Assembly (NCBI GenBank): GCA_000934665.2
Contig: JYFJ02001287.1
Span: 1-64,000, forward strand
Length of the DNA: 64,000 bases
DNA from: Catajapyx aquilonaris
Lineage: Eukaryota
Direction: 5' to 3'
This document shows positions 62,400 to 64,000 of the stretch, piece by piece. Position numbers and translations under genes: made by a program. Under the pieces are notes generated by a model, which was given only the letters and a program-made list of their open reading frames with translations, was not told the origin of the DNA and searched no databases. How positions within the stretch are numbered: position 1 is the first letter of the stretch; each line of letters begins with the position of its first letter.

Positions 62400-63799
62400 T
62401 TAGATCTGTAGCAGAAGAGCCACACCAGCCAGGACCCATTTGGACGGGCTGTCCTTGCTTTTCAGGTTGAAGGTCCACACATAAGTAGGTCCTCGACTGC
62501 GTGTCTTGTACACTGGGCATTCATACATGTTTCGGGCATCCATCTTGTCCTGGGTGATGGCCTAGAGGGTCAGAATTGGTTAGTTTATCAGTTAAGATGT
62601 GCATGTAACATGTGAGGATTAGTCCTCTTGAATGTTGCATACAAAAATCGTACCCTGAGATAAATGACAGGCATAACTGGGTACAGCTCTTTCAATTTGG
62701 AATCATTTATAGCGCCAGTCTGTGTATCCCATCGAGCGCCCTCCATAAACATGCCAGTGATGTTGGCTCCCTCCCTCGGAGGGCTCCTGCGTAAAGGACA
62801 TAATACGTGTAAGGTGCACATCCTAGCTTTAGCATACTCCATACTCACGAGAAATCCTCCCTAACTTTCTTGGTTACGTCACATTGGAGGCACATCTTGT
62901 CCAGGGGGAGCTCCTGCCTGCGAGCAGTGCTCTGCATGATTGCAGTGAGGAAGGACTGTGGGTTAAAAAACCCTGCCAGCCACACGCAGGCTGGTAGCTG
63001 TGTGCATTTAAAAAAATCATGGTGTAGTACTCTATCAGCTCATCCCATGCTGTGTGACTATCTTACCACAAAGTCTGAAGACCAAGTTTCCAGTTCACGA
63101 ACACGGAGGAGGAGGTCAGCATACCATGGTGTCAGTCCCATCATTGATGGATATGCCCTCTTTGTCCATCCTGGAGGGACCTCATCCATGAACAGGCAGT
63201 TGGACAGGTCTTCCATGTCAGATGTGATTGTCAGTTCACCCTGTGCAAGTTAACAGTTTGTTAGTACATCTTGACAACAGTGACCAACAGTGATTCTGAG
63301 CACCTTCAAGCCAAGATCAAGCTCCTTCAGAGAGCGCCTCATTTCCTTGGTTAGGAAGCTCATCCGCTCGCACTCCTGGAATGCTACGATAACGTAAGGG
63401 GTCCTTTCTTCCACCTTAGACATAATTTCAGCCATGTTAAATTCATCAGGGAGGCGCTCCATAATGTCATCCAAAACTTGCTTCACCTGAGGACAGAATC
63501 AGTCATAACATCAGAAGACTCAAGTGTTAGTGAGTCATTGCAAAATCACTGCATACTTTTTCCTCTTTGGTAACAGTTGTTCCAGCTCCAGCACCTGAAT
63601 CCCGAGGTTGCAACTCCAAGACAGTTTTGAAAAGATTGTCAGAAGTGGTGGTAAGAAATCCTATCTCAGCATTTGGATGCAGGCCATACAAGTAAGGAGA
63701 TTCAGCTGGGATGTTTTCATCAATGTACACGTGATAGCCATGATAGTCCGTACTTGTGGGATTGGAAAATCCAGGAGCCAAGAGGACTTCGCCCTCCAA
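62400..63799 (-). CDS. Axonemal dynein heavy chain, outer-arm beta type (DNAH9/11/17-like), C-terminal exons; the gene continues beyond the right edge
   Basis: Exons 63799-63557, 63486-63304, 63240-63067, 62997-62849, 62786-62654, 62561-62400 (TAA). Motifs [71 protein letters not shown] and [33 protein letters not shown]. Confidence 0.95.
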
Positions 63800-64000
63800 C
63801 TAAAGAATGAACAGTGTAGACATGTTAGCATTAAGTGGTGGGGGAAGAATACGTCAGATAAATCAGTGGTGCTGGACACATTAGCAGTCTCTAAATGTTT
63901 ATTTATATTTCGGCATTGGCAGCGCTGGCGTTACCTGGCAACTAAGTAAACATTTAGGGACTGCTAATATGACCAGCACTGGTACTAGATGAATATGTTA

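Noticed and set aside
1..64000. Prokaryotic systems (CRISPR arrays, operons, defence islands, rRNA)
   Set aside because: The sequence is intron-rich animal DNA; I saw no repeat-spacer arrays or bacterial-type genes.

Overview
Eukaryotic (animal, apparently invertebrate) genomic DNA with spliceosomal introns, so the ORF track shows only exon fragments. I rebuilt the gene models by hand from splice sites. Left to right: (1) the 5' part of a DPY19-family C-mannosyltransferase gene (- strand, running off the left edge), with a tRNA-derived SINE-like head in an intron and a CCAAT-rich promoter; (2) a hAT-type MITE and several palindromic elements; (3) a long multi-exon PRRT3/PRRT4-like multipass membrane protein gene (+); (4) an apparently complete CatSper4-like sperm Ca2+ channel subunit gene (+, TQDGW pore, one GC-AG intron); (5) a ~13 kb cluster of six small secreted-protein genes (A-F); (6) the 3' end of an axonemal outer-arm beta-type dynein heavy chain gene (-). 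The six cluster genes are almost invisible in the ORF track. They share one layout (TATA, non-coding exon 1, signal-peptide exon, phase-1 Cys-rich exon, tail exon) and a C..C..CxxCxC..(C)C....C core, but their tails differ sharply: Gly/His-rich, GGLGG-rich, acidic Asn/Asp, Thr/Ala-rich, or none. This cluster is the best candidate for an undescribed system. No database searches were run; family calls rest on recognised motifs.
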